A stretch of DNA of 64,000 nt from Octopus sinensis (taxonomy: Eukaryota). The translations under genes were made by a program, and so were the position numbers. Within the stretch, counting starts at the first letter, position 1; the number at the start of each line of letters is the position of its first letter. Of this stretch, positions 53,874 through 63,897 are shown in pieces. The stretch spans positions 9,920,001 to 9,984,000 of the forward strand of contig NC_043021.1 in assembly GCF_006345805.1 (NCBI RefSeq). The letters run 5' to 3'. The notes beneath the pieces were generated by a model that worked only from the letters and a program-made list of their open reading frames with translations, made no database searches and was not told where the DNA came from.

Positions 53874-55554
53874 GGTTGGCCAGAAGTCACCTGACAGTAA
53901 ATCAAAACCATTTAATTCCAAGATTTATTTATGTTTAACAACTGAATGAATTTGCTAAAAGCATCTAAATATGAAACATCATGAAAATCATTCAAACTGA
54001 AGTCCTTCTTGAGTGACATGTTTTTCCATTTGATTGAATTCAGAATTACAGATAGTATTTATGGAATTTTGATTTACCGTCAGGTGACTTTTGGCCAACA
54101 CTGCGTGTGTGTGTGTGTGTGTAGAAACCTTGCCAGATCAGATTGGAACCTGGTACAGCCTTCTGGCTTGCCATTCCTCAGTCAAACTGTCCAACCCATG
54201 CTAGCATGGAAAGCAGATATTAAATGATGATGAAGAAGATGTGTGTGTGGGTGTCTGTAACTTAGTGGTTTGGTAAAAGATAATGATAAAATAAGTACCA
54301 GGCTTAAAAAGGAAATAGATATTGGGGCCAATTAGTTTGACTAAAATTCCTCAAGGCGGTGCCCCAGCATGGCCACGGCCTGATGACTGAAACAAGTAAA
54401 AGATACATTTCCCAGTTTGAATTGTATGTCAATCCCTTCAGACAGAGTTCTGCTGTTCACAAATGTCCCTTTCCTTTTATGTCCTTAAAACATGGTTTAC
54501 TTTCGTGAGAACCGTATAGCTCTTGGTTGAGTGTCACTGTGCTAAACTATTATAATTAATTTAAAAGATTACCATATATCCGGCTTGTTAAAAATGCTTA
54601 TTACAACATAAACCATATGGAAATGACAGTTATAAAGATAATGTCATCATATGATTTGTTGTTATATATATATATATATATTTCCTCCTTCATTAAAATA
54701 AGATATTGTATTGCTGTTATTTTAATGTCAGAAGATAAAATTGCAGCAATTTTTGGCAGATAAAAAAATTCTTGGAATTATAAAGTAGAATTATCTCATG
54801 TATTACATTGTATAGACCTGTCTCTTAACAGTGCAGATTGCTCCAGTGTAGATTCTAATCTACGTATATATGGTAACTGGGATTAAGCCAATACTTAGAT
54901 GCTTAATATATCTAATTAGCTCATGATTGCTGCTTGGAAATGGTGATGTATAGTCACTGAAACTGAATATAGACTCCACTCACCCTGCATGTAGAGATTG
55001 CAATCAATTTGTTCTGTTAGAATTGCTTTTAATTTGCATTTAAAGTCAACTGTTGAGCTCTGTTGTATTAAACATCTGTTTACTTCTTAAGAACTGTTTA
55101 AATTATCTTAGAAAAACATTCTTATGTGGTTTATGACAGCTGTTTCAGAGTAACAGACCCCTGGAGCAGCCTAAATAAACTGTTACATTCTATTATGGCA
55201 TTGAGTACTTTTTTTCCCCCCTATACATTAAAGTGTGTGTGTGAGAGCGAGCGAGCATAAAGTCAGGTATGAATGGTGAAGATATTTATTTTTCTATTTG
55301 ACTTACATACATATAGTATTACATAACACTATACATATATCTAGGTATCTGAATGTAGGTTTGTGTATGTATTATATTTGCATGTGTATGTAAATATAAA
55401 CATATACATGTTTGGGGAGTGTGTACAAGTAATGACCCATTTCATTACCTTTATTCATGTATTAATTTCCATATGTTTGCATCAATGTGTATATTGAGCC
55501 ATATACAATATAATTGTATATTTACAAATTAATCCAAAGAAAGAATGCTGACTC

Positions 55555-55596
<42 letters not shown>

Positions 55597-57452
55597 ACAC
55601 AAAATTTCCTAACAACTTTATGTACTTTTAAATGATTTTTATCTCCATTTTGAATCAAGATGATTATTTCTGACAGGTGGGGTTAATGATTAAATTTAGA
55701 AAAGTTCAACTACAATTCTAGATTAAAACAAAATCCAAAAACTAAAACAGCTAATGATTTGACACTGTTAAGTGTAGATCACATGAGAGAAAGGTTAATT
55801 AGAAATTTCCTTGATGATTGAAAACTAATTTTCTACAAGCTGCTGCTGTTTAGCCCTAGGTTAGTCTTGATTAAACAGACCTGTGATCAAGTATTCAAGC
55901 TGTGATCATTCAGTTTTTTTTTCAAGTCAGTGTATCCAGAGCTACATTATTCTTGGCATGTATCATCTTCCCTTTTTTAAAAACAGTGGGGGAGATTTCA
56001 CTGCTATTTCTAGCAGATTGAGGTTGGTGTTTTTATCCTTAGGTCAACCCTGATCAAGCAGACCGATAATCAAGGACATTTCTGCTATAATAATCAATCT
56101 ATTTTAGTATGTACTATACAATTCAGTTTGTCTTTATTTAAGGTGTGGGAGGTGTAATTTAAGATAGGCTGATGTATTAAAGCAGTTGGTCTGTGGCACC
56201 TGTGTCTGATAATCCTGTAAATTCAATTCTACTACCTCCATGTTGCAAGTTTATAGTAATGAACTTGTATAATTCTGGCAAGTTGAGTGACAACAGAAAG
56301 GGCTCAAGCTGTGGTAGTTGCACTCGTGTACGTGATGTTACACCCCCATGGTGCTTGAATATTGTTTGGGTTTAGTACAGTGGTTTGTTTGTTTTGTTGT
56401 CATCTCTCACCTTATACTGAAGTGGTATCAAGTGTATAAAAAGCGCAGGAGGTAGGATGCAGCTGTTGAATGAAAACAGGCACTGGCTGCATTGTGTGTT
56501 TATTGCAAAAGCTGTTGTGCAGCTGCAATGTTGCTTCTGCAACTCTTATGGTGGGAGAGGAAAAAAAAAATGCAGAGACAAATATTGAAATTCTATGTTA
56601 ACTCTATTGTAGAGAGCAAGCAAAAATTTAAAAACAGAAACACGTAAGATGATAAAGCTAATGATGGCGTTCAACATTTTATGATTGATGAAGATATTCT
56701 TGATAATTAGGTTGTGTGTGATTGTTGTGTAGTCCCACCCCACCATTCCTGACCGAACAGACCAAAACGCATTCTGGCTATGGTCAGCTTGTCTCTTTAT
56801 TTTCTCATTTAAAATGATGTATTACAGCAGTTGGTCTGTAGCACCTGTGTCTGATAATCATGTAAATCCAATTCTACCTCCACGTTGCAAGTTTGTAGTA
56901 ATGAATTTGTATAATTCTAATATACATCTGTTTTTAATTTTATCATTTACTTAAGACATAGATATTAGATTCAACTTTTTTAAGCTTTCTGTCTACAAAT
57001 TTATAGACTTGGGAGGGCATTTATTTACTTTAAATTATTCTGCTATGGTGTTTGTTGTGGTTGGCGTTAGGAAGGGCATCCAGCTGTAGAAACATTGCCA
57101 GATAAAACTGGAGCCTGGTGCAGCCTTCTGGCTTCCCAGATCCCCGGTCGAACCGTCCAACCCATGCTAGCATGGAGAACGGACGTTAAACGATGATGAT
57201 GATGATGAGAACACATGTTATCTTAACTATGAAGTGAAATTGAAGGCATAATTTTTGTTCATTTATATAATATACTGTTAGGGTAAGATCAACAAAAAAG
57301 TACTCAATCCAGTGAGAGATAAATATCATTTAATGTACACAGTACAAGGATATGAGCTAATACTTTCTTGCTTGGAGACACAAGGCGTGTTATAAAAACC
57401 TGCCTATACCCACATCTCCAAGCAAAAAACTATTAGTAGCTCATCTGGATGG

Positions 57453-57495
<43 letters not shown>

Positions 57496-57537
57496 CGTCC
57501 AACCCATGCCAGCATGAAAAACGGATGTTAAATGATG

Positions 57538-57590
<53 letters not shown>

Positions 57591-60500
57591 TAATTGTAGT
57601 ACTAAAAAGTTTTGCAAATTGGATTTTCAACAGAATTTTAGTTTATATAAACAAAGGTGCACCATAAAGGGAAAATAGCATGAAATTTACCAAAAGTTTG
57701 AAGAAAATTACAAAATAAAATGAATTTGCAAATGTATCCATAAATAGCACACACACAAAGAAAAATTAAAAGATTAATATAATGAAGCAGACTTTGTAAC
57801 TACCCTACTGATTAAATTCAAATTTCAGCTAAATAAAATTTTTTGTAAAAATTGAAAACACAGTAAATTTTCAAATGAAATAATTTATAAAAGTAAAATC
57901 ACACACACACACAATCATTTCTTTCATGGAAAATTGTAAAACATCTTCTCTGCTTAATGCAGTCTTAAAGAATGCATGTGGGGAAAGTTGTTTAATTTGA
58001 TTGTCCACTTGGTGCTTTTCTTTACTGATGTTGGCATACTCCGCAGTCACTTGCAACCATCAGCTCTTTTTATGTAGATCTGTTGGATTCAGAGAGATAA
58101 TCCTTTAACAGGCTTTTGCCTTTCTTCTAAGTTGTTCTTATGAACAGCCCATCCTTAATTGCATTGCAAATAGTTGCATCCCCTGCGTCCCTGGCAATTT
58201 AGTGTACGAATTGCATAACGAGTTATTAATAACTTATCAAGTTGGTAGACTTGATAAGAAGAAAAGGTAACAAGTATGGGGGGGGGGACTATCCCAAAGA
58301 CAAATTTCCCAATATGCCATTACGAAATGTTGGATGATGTACATTTAGATATAGATATGTAATTTTACAAGTGGTAACTGGTAGGTTGGTAATGAAAGAC
58401 CATGGAAGTTTCCAGTGCTAGTGGCTGGGGAGGAAATAAAAAGGTTAATGAATTGTCAAATTAATACAATTTCCAGCTTTTACTCCTGGTTACTTTTCTG
58501 CTGAGTGGTATATAATACCAAATTGGATTTCCATTATGGCTTTAAAACCACACCATATTTTTCACTCTGTTGCATAATCAGTAATATAACTCTACACTTA
58601 TACAATTGTTTTCACACTTGTAGCAAAGAGGTGCCTATTTTTTTCATTATTATTATTATTAGTAGCAGTAGTAAACTTGTGAGAATTTTTTTAAAGACAA
58701 TAATAATCATTCCTCTCAATTTTTTTTTTTTTAAATTTGGGGGCATTTTTGCTGTTTTGATTACTATTTTTAATTGTTTGACATATTTTTGAAATAAATG
58801 TTCTGCTTAATGGTTATTATGATAATGCGTGTAATATATCTTTTAAAAATATCCTGTATGGAATACTGCTTGATAATACTGGTATTATATATCGTAATCT
58901 ATGATGATAAGCCAGATTTTACTTGGTGATAGAGCTGAGTGATAAAATGCCTTATTTCTTGGGTGTCAACCACCTCCCTAATTTTTTCAATTTTAGTCTT
59001 ATAGATCACATCTCAACTGATCGACCAACTAGCAGTGATATTTAATTCTGAATTGCTTGAAATAATGCAATTGCTTTTTATAGCCAAATGTTTCAATTCG
59101 CAGAATTGTCAGCATGCTACACAAACTGTTTAGCAGCATTTTGTCTTGTCTTTACGATCTGAGTTCAAAATCAGTCAAGGTCGACTTTTCAGGGTCGATA
59201 AAATAAGTACCAGTTGAAGTACCAACTATCCCTATCCACTGAAATTACAGGCCTTATTACCTATAATAGAGAGAATTATTTACTTTATTTTGTATCACAA
59301 CTGTCAAATAACCTGATAATACTTCCTGGTTGTCCCTTTCTTTTCTGTCTTTTGAATTTTCAGCTTTAGGATTACAGAAAATAACAGAAATTATAATTAT
59401 GTATAATTATAGTCTCCCACACATACATTTATATACATACACATATACTTGTGCAGTGTCTTTGTTGTGTGTATCGAGGTAACCAAGTGTATATATCAAG
59501 CAAATCTCAACACGATCTCAACTACATTGTGTTCCAATGAATGACTTTAAGCCATTATTGAGTTGAGCCCAGACTTGTGTGTGTGTATATGTGTATAGAT
59601 GTATGTGTATGTGTGTGTATATATTATACACACACTCTCTCATGCACTTAAACTAATATTCACTCATACACCTACTCTTATATACACAAGATGACTGTTT
59701 TAGGTACATTGCATAATTGCTAACTGATAGGATTTAATCTATCTCTTTGTAGTTTGTTGTAAACTTTAGTTTGTTTCTTCTATAGTAGATTTATTTCATT
59801 TGATTTCATCTTGGAGGTCTTTTCTTTTAACTCTTCTGATGGTCTTTTTGTGGTGGTTTAGTCTGCATCATGGTTGGTTACTAGGTTCGATAGACGGTCT
59901 TTTTGCTCAGTAAGGTGACTTCATTGCATTGGAATATATATCAAAGATTGGTTTTCGTTTGTAATTTACTTATTCTAGCAACTTGGACGTTTTTTTTTTT
60001 TTTTTTTGAAGACACAGAAAGTCCAATTGATTTACAGTTATCTACTACCCATATCAGGTTTAAATTCTGACTTGGCTGTCACCATCACTATCTGAAATAG
60101 TTGCTCTCTTGTCCATCCATACTTTATCATCACCATTCATAACTAGCTGTCACCACTACTCTCTCAAATGAATCACTGCTGTAGTCATCCATAGATTTCT
60201 GACACCATCACTGCATATAACTGTTACCTTAGTTTTCCAAATCTTGCTATCCCCACCACCTCAAATAGATGTCTTGCCATCCATACATTGCTTCTTTAAT
60301 CATCCATATATTGCTGTCTTAACTATCCTTACATTGCTGTCACCACCCTCTGAATTTCTGTCTTAGCCATCCACATATTGCTGTTTTAACCATCCATATA
60401 TTGCTGTCACTACCATGTTAAATAGTTATTTAAGCTTTTTGTCTCATATAGTTGCTTAGTCATCGATACACTGCCATTACAATAAGTTGGTGGTGATAAT

Positions 60501-63500
60501 GTATGAGATATTGACCGTCAGCTTAAGGACAGTAAAGACAGCAACTCTTTCAGATGGCTCTAATAGTAATGTATGGATGGCTAAGACGACAATATCATCT
60601 CAGATGGTGGGCTAGCAGTGTATGGATGACTAACTCAGCTTCGCAAATATTTGCATTAACCATCCATACAATGCTATCACTGTCTCAAATAGTTGCTGCC
60701 TTAATCATTCTTACTTTGTTCTCATCTTCTCACATAATTGCCGTGTTAGTCATCTGTACATTGACTGTCATCACCATCATAAATAGTTGCTGTCTTGGCT
60801 TATCATCTTTACTATCTCATTGTTCTTTTTAATCTTTACTGTCTCAACGTAGCCAGAGTGTCATTTTCTTGAGTTTGAGGATATTGAAAATATTTTAATT
60901 AAAGGAATTTAAATAAGTGTGGTAAATTATTATAATTACATTACCAGACATGATATTATCTTTTCTTTTTTTGGATAATTTAAATAAAAACTAAACAAAT
61001 TGGCAATTAAAAAGGAAGTTACTTTTTTTTTTTTATTTATTTATGAAAATCCTTAAGTTGCGATATCAAGCTTTCTCCTAAAATATTTTTGTTTAATTAA
61101 AATCTCCGACTTATGATTGTTGACATTCTTGTAATCTAGCCATATTCTTCTTGCAACCAGCATTTTTTCCCTTCTAAATTCGGTAATAAGTATTTTCCCC
61201 TGAAAGAATTTGCCTGGATTTTTTTTTCTTAAATGAAACCTCTTGTTGTAGAGATTATGCGATATCTACACTAACTTAATCTTGTCCTTAATTTCCTTTC
61301 TTTTTAACATGCACCTTAACATATTAAATCTCTTAAACATAAGTTCACAGAAAGTCATTATAGCTTTAGGAAAAAACCATTTCACAATTCTTTTGGCCAA
61401 TATTTTTTTTCCTTCTTAATCTGCTTAAATTGCTTTTGTTGTTATTTTAAAAAAATTTTTGCTGTAGTGTAAATTTAACAGATTTATTAATTTATTATTA
61501 CGAATCTCTCTAGATTTAATTCCCTTTTGTTAGCTTTTAACACCCTTTAGTGCCTTGACACCTGTTTAGAGGTTTTTTACCTTTTTGCCCTTCTTTGGAC
61601 TCTGACCATGTCGCTGTGTTTGTGCTGATTCATCCCTTTTATTCCACAGATCACCATCCCCTGAACCAATATATAATCATGAAGGGAAACGGTTAAACAC
61701 CAGAGATTATCGTACCAGGAAAAAACTGGAAGAAGATCGTCATCGGTTGATCCAACAGGCGTTTGAGTTGAATGCTGATTATAAACCCCCAGCAGATTAC
61801 AAGTAATAATCTGTTTGTCTTACTACAACTAATTAATTTTCCCATCCTGTAAAATAATTGGTGCTAGGAAGGGCAACCAGCCATAAAAATCCCTGCTAAA
61901 ATAGACGGAGCTCGGTGCAGTCCTCTGGCTTGCCAGCTCCTGCCAAGTTGTCTAACCTATGCCAGCATTGAAAATAGATGTTAAATGATGATGGTCTTCA
62001 TCCTCATAATGATTTACAATGTATATTCTCTGCACCACTTATTCTTAGCATTGTTTCCTTTCCAAAAGTTTTCAAAGAGTTGCAGGCATGACTGTGTGGT
62101 AAGAAGATTGCTTCCTGACCATAAGGTTCAGGTTTCAGTCCTAATATGTGGCACCTTGGGCAAGTGGTTTCTACTATAGCCCCGGTCTGACTGAAGCTTT
62201 TTGAGCGAATTTGGTAGATGGAAACTGGAAGAAACTTGTGTATGTATGTATATATATGTGTGTGTGTGTGGTTATATGACATTATGTAATAGTTGTAATT
62301 CATTTCCAACATTCTGTAAGAACATACCTAGCCATGGGAGAAATATTTCCTTGCTTGGAAACAGATGAGGGTTAGTGACAAGAAGGCCATCTGTCTCAGC
62401 ATTTGACAGGTTCTTTATTTCACTGACCCTAGAAAAATGAAAAGCAAAACCATGTCCTTCCTCTCATACTATTGTTTAAAAGAAAAAAAACAACACAAAA
62501 AGCATTGAGCATAGGTGCAGGTATGGCTGTGTGGTAAATATGGAAGAAATAAATATAAAACAGTAATATTATATTATCTATGAAGTAATTAATGTGTTAA
62601 GACTCTTATCTCCTAATTTGTTCTCTTTCTCATCCAGGCCACCAATTGTCCGAGTCAGTGATAAAGTGATGATACCACAAGAATTACATCCTGATATCAA
62701 TTTTGTTGGTTTGTTAATTGGACCTCGTGGAAACACTTTGAAAAATCTTGAAAAAGAGGTAATTTTGCTTTCTGGACGTCATGAATATGCTGCTTCTTGT
62801 CTACTAATACTGAAAAGTAACAATAAATAATGTAGTTTTACAACTTTATAATATCAGAACTTTGCGAAATAAGATCAAATGACATGGTTTCATAAGAAAG
62901 TTTAATCTCTTTGCCACAATTTCTTAAAGAGTTGAATAGCTATTAGTATTAATTAAGAAATCTTCTCCTTCACATTTGTATAAGTATTTTACTCCATGCT
63001 CTATTCATTCCATGAATAACTCTATTTTGTAGACTGGTGCCAAAATTATTATCCGTGGCAAAGGTTCAGTGAAAGAAGGTAAAATTGGAAGGAAAGATGG
63101 CCAACCCTTACCTGGAGAGGATGAACCTCTGCATGCCTATGTCACTGCACATAATCCAGAAAATGTTAAAAAGGCTGTTGAAAAGGTAAACTTTTTTCTT
63201 TTCTTTTTGCAAAGTTCTTTCTCTGTCTGATTGACACCTGTCCCTGTGTCTCTTTTTGCCTCTTACAGATCTTTGTCTTTTCTCACTTAGCCACCTCTAC
63301 TCTGTTTCCACTCTGTCCCTTTGCATCCTCTGCTCTGTCTCCCCTCTTGTCTCTCAACAATTTTTGTCCCCTGCTCTTTTGTTTTCTCTTCATCAACTCG
63401 ATTGTTGTTCTACTCAGTGTTGTAAGCCTGCTGAAGCAATATTAACTGTAGATTAACTCATCATCATCATTTAGCGTCCGCTTTCCATGCTAGCGTGGGT

Positions 63501-63897
63501 TGGACGGTTCAACTGGGGTCTGTGAAGCTGGAAGGCTTCATCAGGCCCAGTCAGATCTGGCAGTGTTTCTACGGCTGGATGCCCTTCCTAATGCCAACCA
63601 CTCCGTGAGTGTAGTGGGTGCTTTTTACGTGCCACCCGCACAGGTGCCAGACAGAGCTGGCAAACGGCCACGAACAGATGGTGCTTTTACGTGTCACCGG
63701 CACGGGGGCCAGGCGAATCTACAAAGACCTTTCTCGTCAAGTATTTTTATTATTTTTATTTTTCCAATTTATTTTCAGATCAAAGAAATAATCCGCCAAG
63801 GAATTGAAGTCCCTGAAGGACAGAATGACTTGAGACGACAACAGCTTAGGGAACTTGCTCTCCTCAATGGCACACTCCGGGAGAATGATGGTCTTGC
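11493..63897 (+). CDS. SF1: Splicing factor 1 / branch-point binding protein, 5'-partial multi-exon CDS: join(11493-11532,26233-26367,31306-31381,61650-61802,62638-62758,63033-63185,63779-63897), continues beyond window
   Basis: All six junctions are GT-AG and phase-compatible (1,1,2,2,0,0). The 797-nt join is open and contains the ULM KKRSRW, the RSPSPEP phospho-motif, the KH GPRG loop and QUA2 [13 protein letters not shown], all diagnostic of SF1/BBP. Confidence 0.97.
12494..12612 (-). mobile_element. Penelope-like element pseudo-LTR remnant
   Basis: On the minus strand, a hammerhead is followed by an AATAAA-containing tail; embedded between (TA)n tracts. Confidence 0.55.
12565..12607 (-). 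ncRNA. Minimal type I hammerhead ribozyme, intact core
   Basis: Minus strand reads CATTT-CTGATGA-AACTAC-agga-GTAGTT-GAAA-GCGC-TA|ATATG: perfect 6-bp stem II, palindromic stem III AGCGCT, stem I 4/5 bp. Confidence 0.8.
14345..14640 (-). mobile_element. Second CORE-type SINE family
   Basis: Minus strand: GGCTCAGTGGTTAGAG head, TGTGTTCTTGAGCAAGATGCTTTATTTCACGTTGCTCCAGTTCACTCAGC core. Related heads at 28571-28700(+) and 30510-30640(+) carry different tails. Confidence 0.7.
14715..15128 (-). mobile_element. CORE-type SINE (family B, tail 1), inverted relative to 15356-15720
   Basis: Reverse complement of the same head, CORE and tail. Confidence 0.8.
15356..15720 (+). mobile_element. CORE-type tRNA SINE (family B, tail 1)
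   Basis: tRNA-like head, CORE-like TGGCACCTTGGGCAAGTG, (TG)n, tail ending TGACTGAAACAA.TAAAAGA. Confidence 0.85.
15965..16110 (-). mobile_element. Penelope-like element remnant
   Basis: Hammerhead relic plus a tail (ctaatacatctgtttgttg...tgtctt) also seen decayed at about 15190-15300 and 4410-4590. Confidence 0.45.
16054..16091 (-). ncRNA. Minimal hammerhead ribozyme relic
   Basis: Minus strand reads TCTTT-CTGtGGA-a-GAGC-gtag-GCTC-GAAA-tG-TT|AAAGA. Confidence 0.6.
16865..17175 (+). mobile_element. Family C repeat
   Basis: Three internal GGCA/TGACATGTAAAAAGCACC units, then the RTE-like 3' end with (GAT)n. Confidence 0.85.
21498..22128. mobile_element. hAT-type MITE interrupted by a Helitron-like element
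   Basis: TIRs CAGTAGTTCTCAAC / GATTGAGAACTATTG; perfect 8-bp TSD CCTTAAAT at 21490-21497 and 22129-22136. Confidence 0.9.
21612..22002 (+). mobile_element. Non-autonomous Helitron/HINE-like element
   Basis: Starts TAGCAGTATCGCCCGGCGTTGCTC and ends CAGACAACTACAGCTTTATATATATAGAG(AGAT); no TSD; inserted in a TT/AT-rich site. Confidence 0.65.
22698..22945 (-). mobile_element. Family C repeat
   Basis: Same consensus as 1729-1981. Other copies at about 20580-20832(+), 23215-23360(+), 29020-29085(+), 40065-40278(+), 54123-54240(+), 57055-57210(+), 61855-61995(+). Confidence 0.85.
23791..24073. mobile_element. hAT-type MITE
   Basis: TIRs CAGTGGTTCCCAAA / TTTGGGAACCACTG; TSD ATTTAAAG vs ATTTACAG (7/8). 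A 5'-truncated sister copy lies at about 25195-25407. Confidence 0.9.
24517..24917 (+). mobile_element. CORE-type SINE (family B, tail 1)
   Basis: Full head-CORE-microsatellite-tail organisation. Confidence 0.85.
25440..25666 (+). mobile_element. piggyBac-type MITE (P1)
   Basis: TTAA-CCCTTTAGT...ACTAAAGGG-TTAA. Copies at about 2348-2576, 3706-3885, 36643-36828, 48050-48255(-). Confidence 0.85.
26233..26367 (+). CDS. SF1: SF1 exon 2 ([45 protein letters not shown])
   Basis: ctgtag| acceptor, |gtaggt donor, 135 nt; contains ULM and the IPGMPTVIP motif. Confidence 0.96.
   Translation: MGMLRGGNRRNVVVGVMKKQIKPSFLECQLLFLLTFLVIRRNNI
26430..27095. repeat. (TA/TG)n compound microsatellite after exon 2
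   Basis: Two mixed TA/TG/CA tracts; source of several spurious ORFs. Confidence 0.9.
29313..29677 (-). mobile_element. CORE-type SINE (family B, tail 1)
   Basis: Reverse complement of family B. Further copies at about 130-400(-), 2583-2790(+), 4590-4715(+), 4720-5125(-), 16135-16300(+), 37365-37720(+). Confidence 0.85.
31306..31381 (+). CDS. SF1: SF1 exon 3 ([26 protein letters not shown])
   Basis: ttccag| acceptor, weak |gtttga donor, 76 nt; [14 protein letters not shown] is typical of SF1. Confidence 0.97.
34100..34432 (+). mobile_element. CORE-type SINE with RTE-like tail (family B, tail 2)
   Basis: Same head and CORE, then a tail ending CAGGAAGGG..GCTGTAGAAAATCTGCC..GCAAGCA.GGAAAA..TTAAATGATGATGA. 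Copies at about 41870-42280(-), 62085-62400(+), 13690-13960(-). Confidence 0.75.
35200..35700 (-). mobile_element. Highly decayed RTE/RTEX-like LINE fragment
   Basis: Faint similarity to RTE C-terminal motifs (VESIL..GSETWTLT, RFAGHC) on the minus strand; many stops. Confidence 0.35.
37008..37340 (+). mobile_element. Penelope-like element remnant
   Basis: Carries the hammerhead relic GACCGAAACCGGTA; flanked on both sides by (TA)n. Confidence 0.55.
37250..37287 (+). ncRNA. Minimal hammerhead ribozyme relic, core mutated
   Basis: CAG-tTGAAaA-GGTC-tcaaaat-GACC-GAAA-CCGG-TA|CTG: stems perfect, palindromic ACCGGT, two transitions in CUGANGA. Confidence 0.7.
37823..38039 (+). mobile_element. mariner-derived MITE
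   Basis: TA-CATGAGGGGGTGCTGAAAA...TTTTCAGCACCCCTTTG-TA; internal [13 protein letters not shown] resembles the mariner transposase C-terminus. Confidence 0.85.
38443..38726 (-). mobile_element. CR1 LINE 3' fragment
   Basis: Minus strand [36 protein letters not shown] (CR1 ORF2 C-terminus), then 3'UTR and (ATT)n tail. Confidence 0.85.
43600..44841 (-). mobile_element. Decayed RTE-clade LINE, RT and C-terminal region
   Basis: Minus-strand translation gives [44 protein letters not shown] (YADD), [21 protein letters not shown] and later HGSETW- and RPRKTW-like segments, broken by frameshifts and stops. Confidence 0.9.
46164..46391 (-). mobile_element. piggyBac-type MITE (P2) nested in P3 (46074-46508)
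   Basis: TTAA-CCCTTTCATTAC...GGTAACGAAAGGG-TTAA; reverse complement of 3329-3557. Confidence 0.85.
49063..49350 (-). mobile_element. CR1 LINE 3' fragment, same family as 38443-38726
   Basis: [28 protein letters not shown]; near-identical 3'UTR and tail. Tail-only copies at about 9700-9750 and 51040-51090. Confidence 0.85.
49575..49788 (+). mobile_element. piggyBac-type MITE (P3), uninterrupted
   Basis: CCTTTTGATACCAACC...ATATGGTAACGAAAGGGTTGA. Other copies at about 18875-19100, 47370-47579(-), 48840-49065. Confidence 0.75.
51138..51185 (-). ncRNA. Type I hammerhead ribozyme variant, intact core
   Basis: Minus strand reads GGGTG-CTGAGGA-a-GGGG-caaaacc-CTCC-GAAA-TAT-ggc-ATA-TA|CACTC; all three stems pair (one G-U each in stems I and II). 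Confidence 0.75.
52013..52241. mobile_element. hAT-type MITE
   Basis: TAGGGGTTCTCTACC ... GGTTGAGAACCACTG; related to 21498-22128; TSD decayed. Confidence 0.65.
52378..52607 (+). mobile_element. Full-length tRNA-derived SINE (family A, Meta/MESC-like central domain)
   Basis: A-box-like TGGCAGAAACGTTAG, B-box GAGTTCAAATTC, central GACTTTGCCTTTCATCC..GGGGTCGATAAATTAAGTACC. 14-bp TSD AGTATATAGTAGAG at 52354-52367 and 52608-52621. Confidence 0.9.
53367..53805 (-). mobile_element. Family C repeat with expanded internal tandem units
   Basis: Four to five GGTGCTTTT.ACATG.CAC.GGCAC..GCCAGT..GGC..ACTGG.AAC units. Confidence 0.8.
53871..54103. mobile_element. Tc1/mariner-type MITE
   Basis: About 36-bp TIRs CAGGGTTGGCCAGAAGTCACCTGACAGTAAATCAAA / TTTGATTTACCGTCAGGTGACTTTTGGCCAACACTG; a truncated left end occurs at about 24476-24512. 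Confidence 0.8.
60070..60810. repeat. Degenerate minisatellite with an internally inverted block
   Basis: Units CATCCATA(C/T)ATTGCTGTC and TCAAATAGTTGCTG; the block at about 60489-60635 carries them reverse-complemented. Confidence 0.75.
61650..61802 (+). CDS. SF1: SF1 exon 4 ([51 protein letters not shown])
   Basis: tgctgat branch point, ccacag| acceptor, |gtaata donor, 153 nt. Confidence 0.98.
62638..62758 (+). CDS. SF1: SF1 exon 5 ([40 protein letters not shown]), KH N-half
   Basis: tcctaat branch point, atccag| acceptor, |gtaatt donor, 121 nt. Confidence 0.98.
63033..63185 (+). CDS. SF1: SF1 exon 6 ([51 protein letters not shown])
   Basis: ttgtag| acceptor, |gtaaac donor, 153 nt; RGKGS and EDEPLHA STAR/KH motifs. 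Below the ORF-track length cutoff. Confidence 0.98.
63459..63712 (-). mobile_element. Family C repeat in SF1 intron 6
   Basis: Near-consensus copy ending about 65 nt upstream of the exon 7 acceptor. Confidence 0.85.
63779..63897 (+). CDS. SF1: SF1 exon 7 ([40 protein letters not shown]), QUA2
   Basis: tttcag| acceptor, GC|gtaagt donor, 119 nt. Confidence 0.97.

Noticed and set aside
57871-58180. Possible transposase fragment on the minus strand
   Set aside because: No diagnostic DDE or terminal-repeat evidence could be established by eye.
58233-58258. Perfect 10-bp hairpin CTTATCAAGT/ACTTGATAAG
   Set aside because: About one such stem is plausible by chance in 64 kb of AT-rich DNA; no supporting context.
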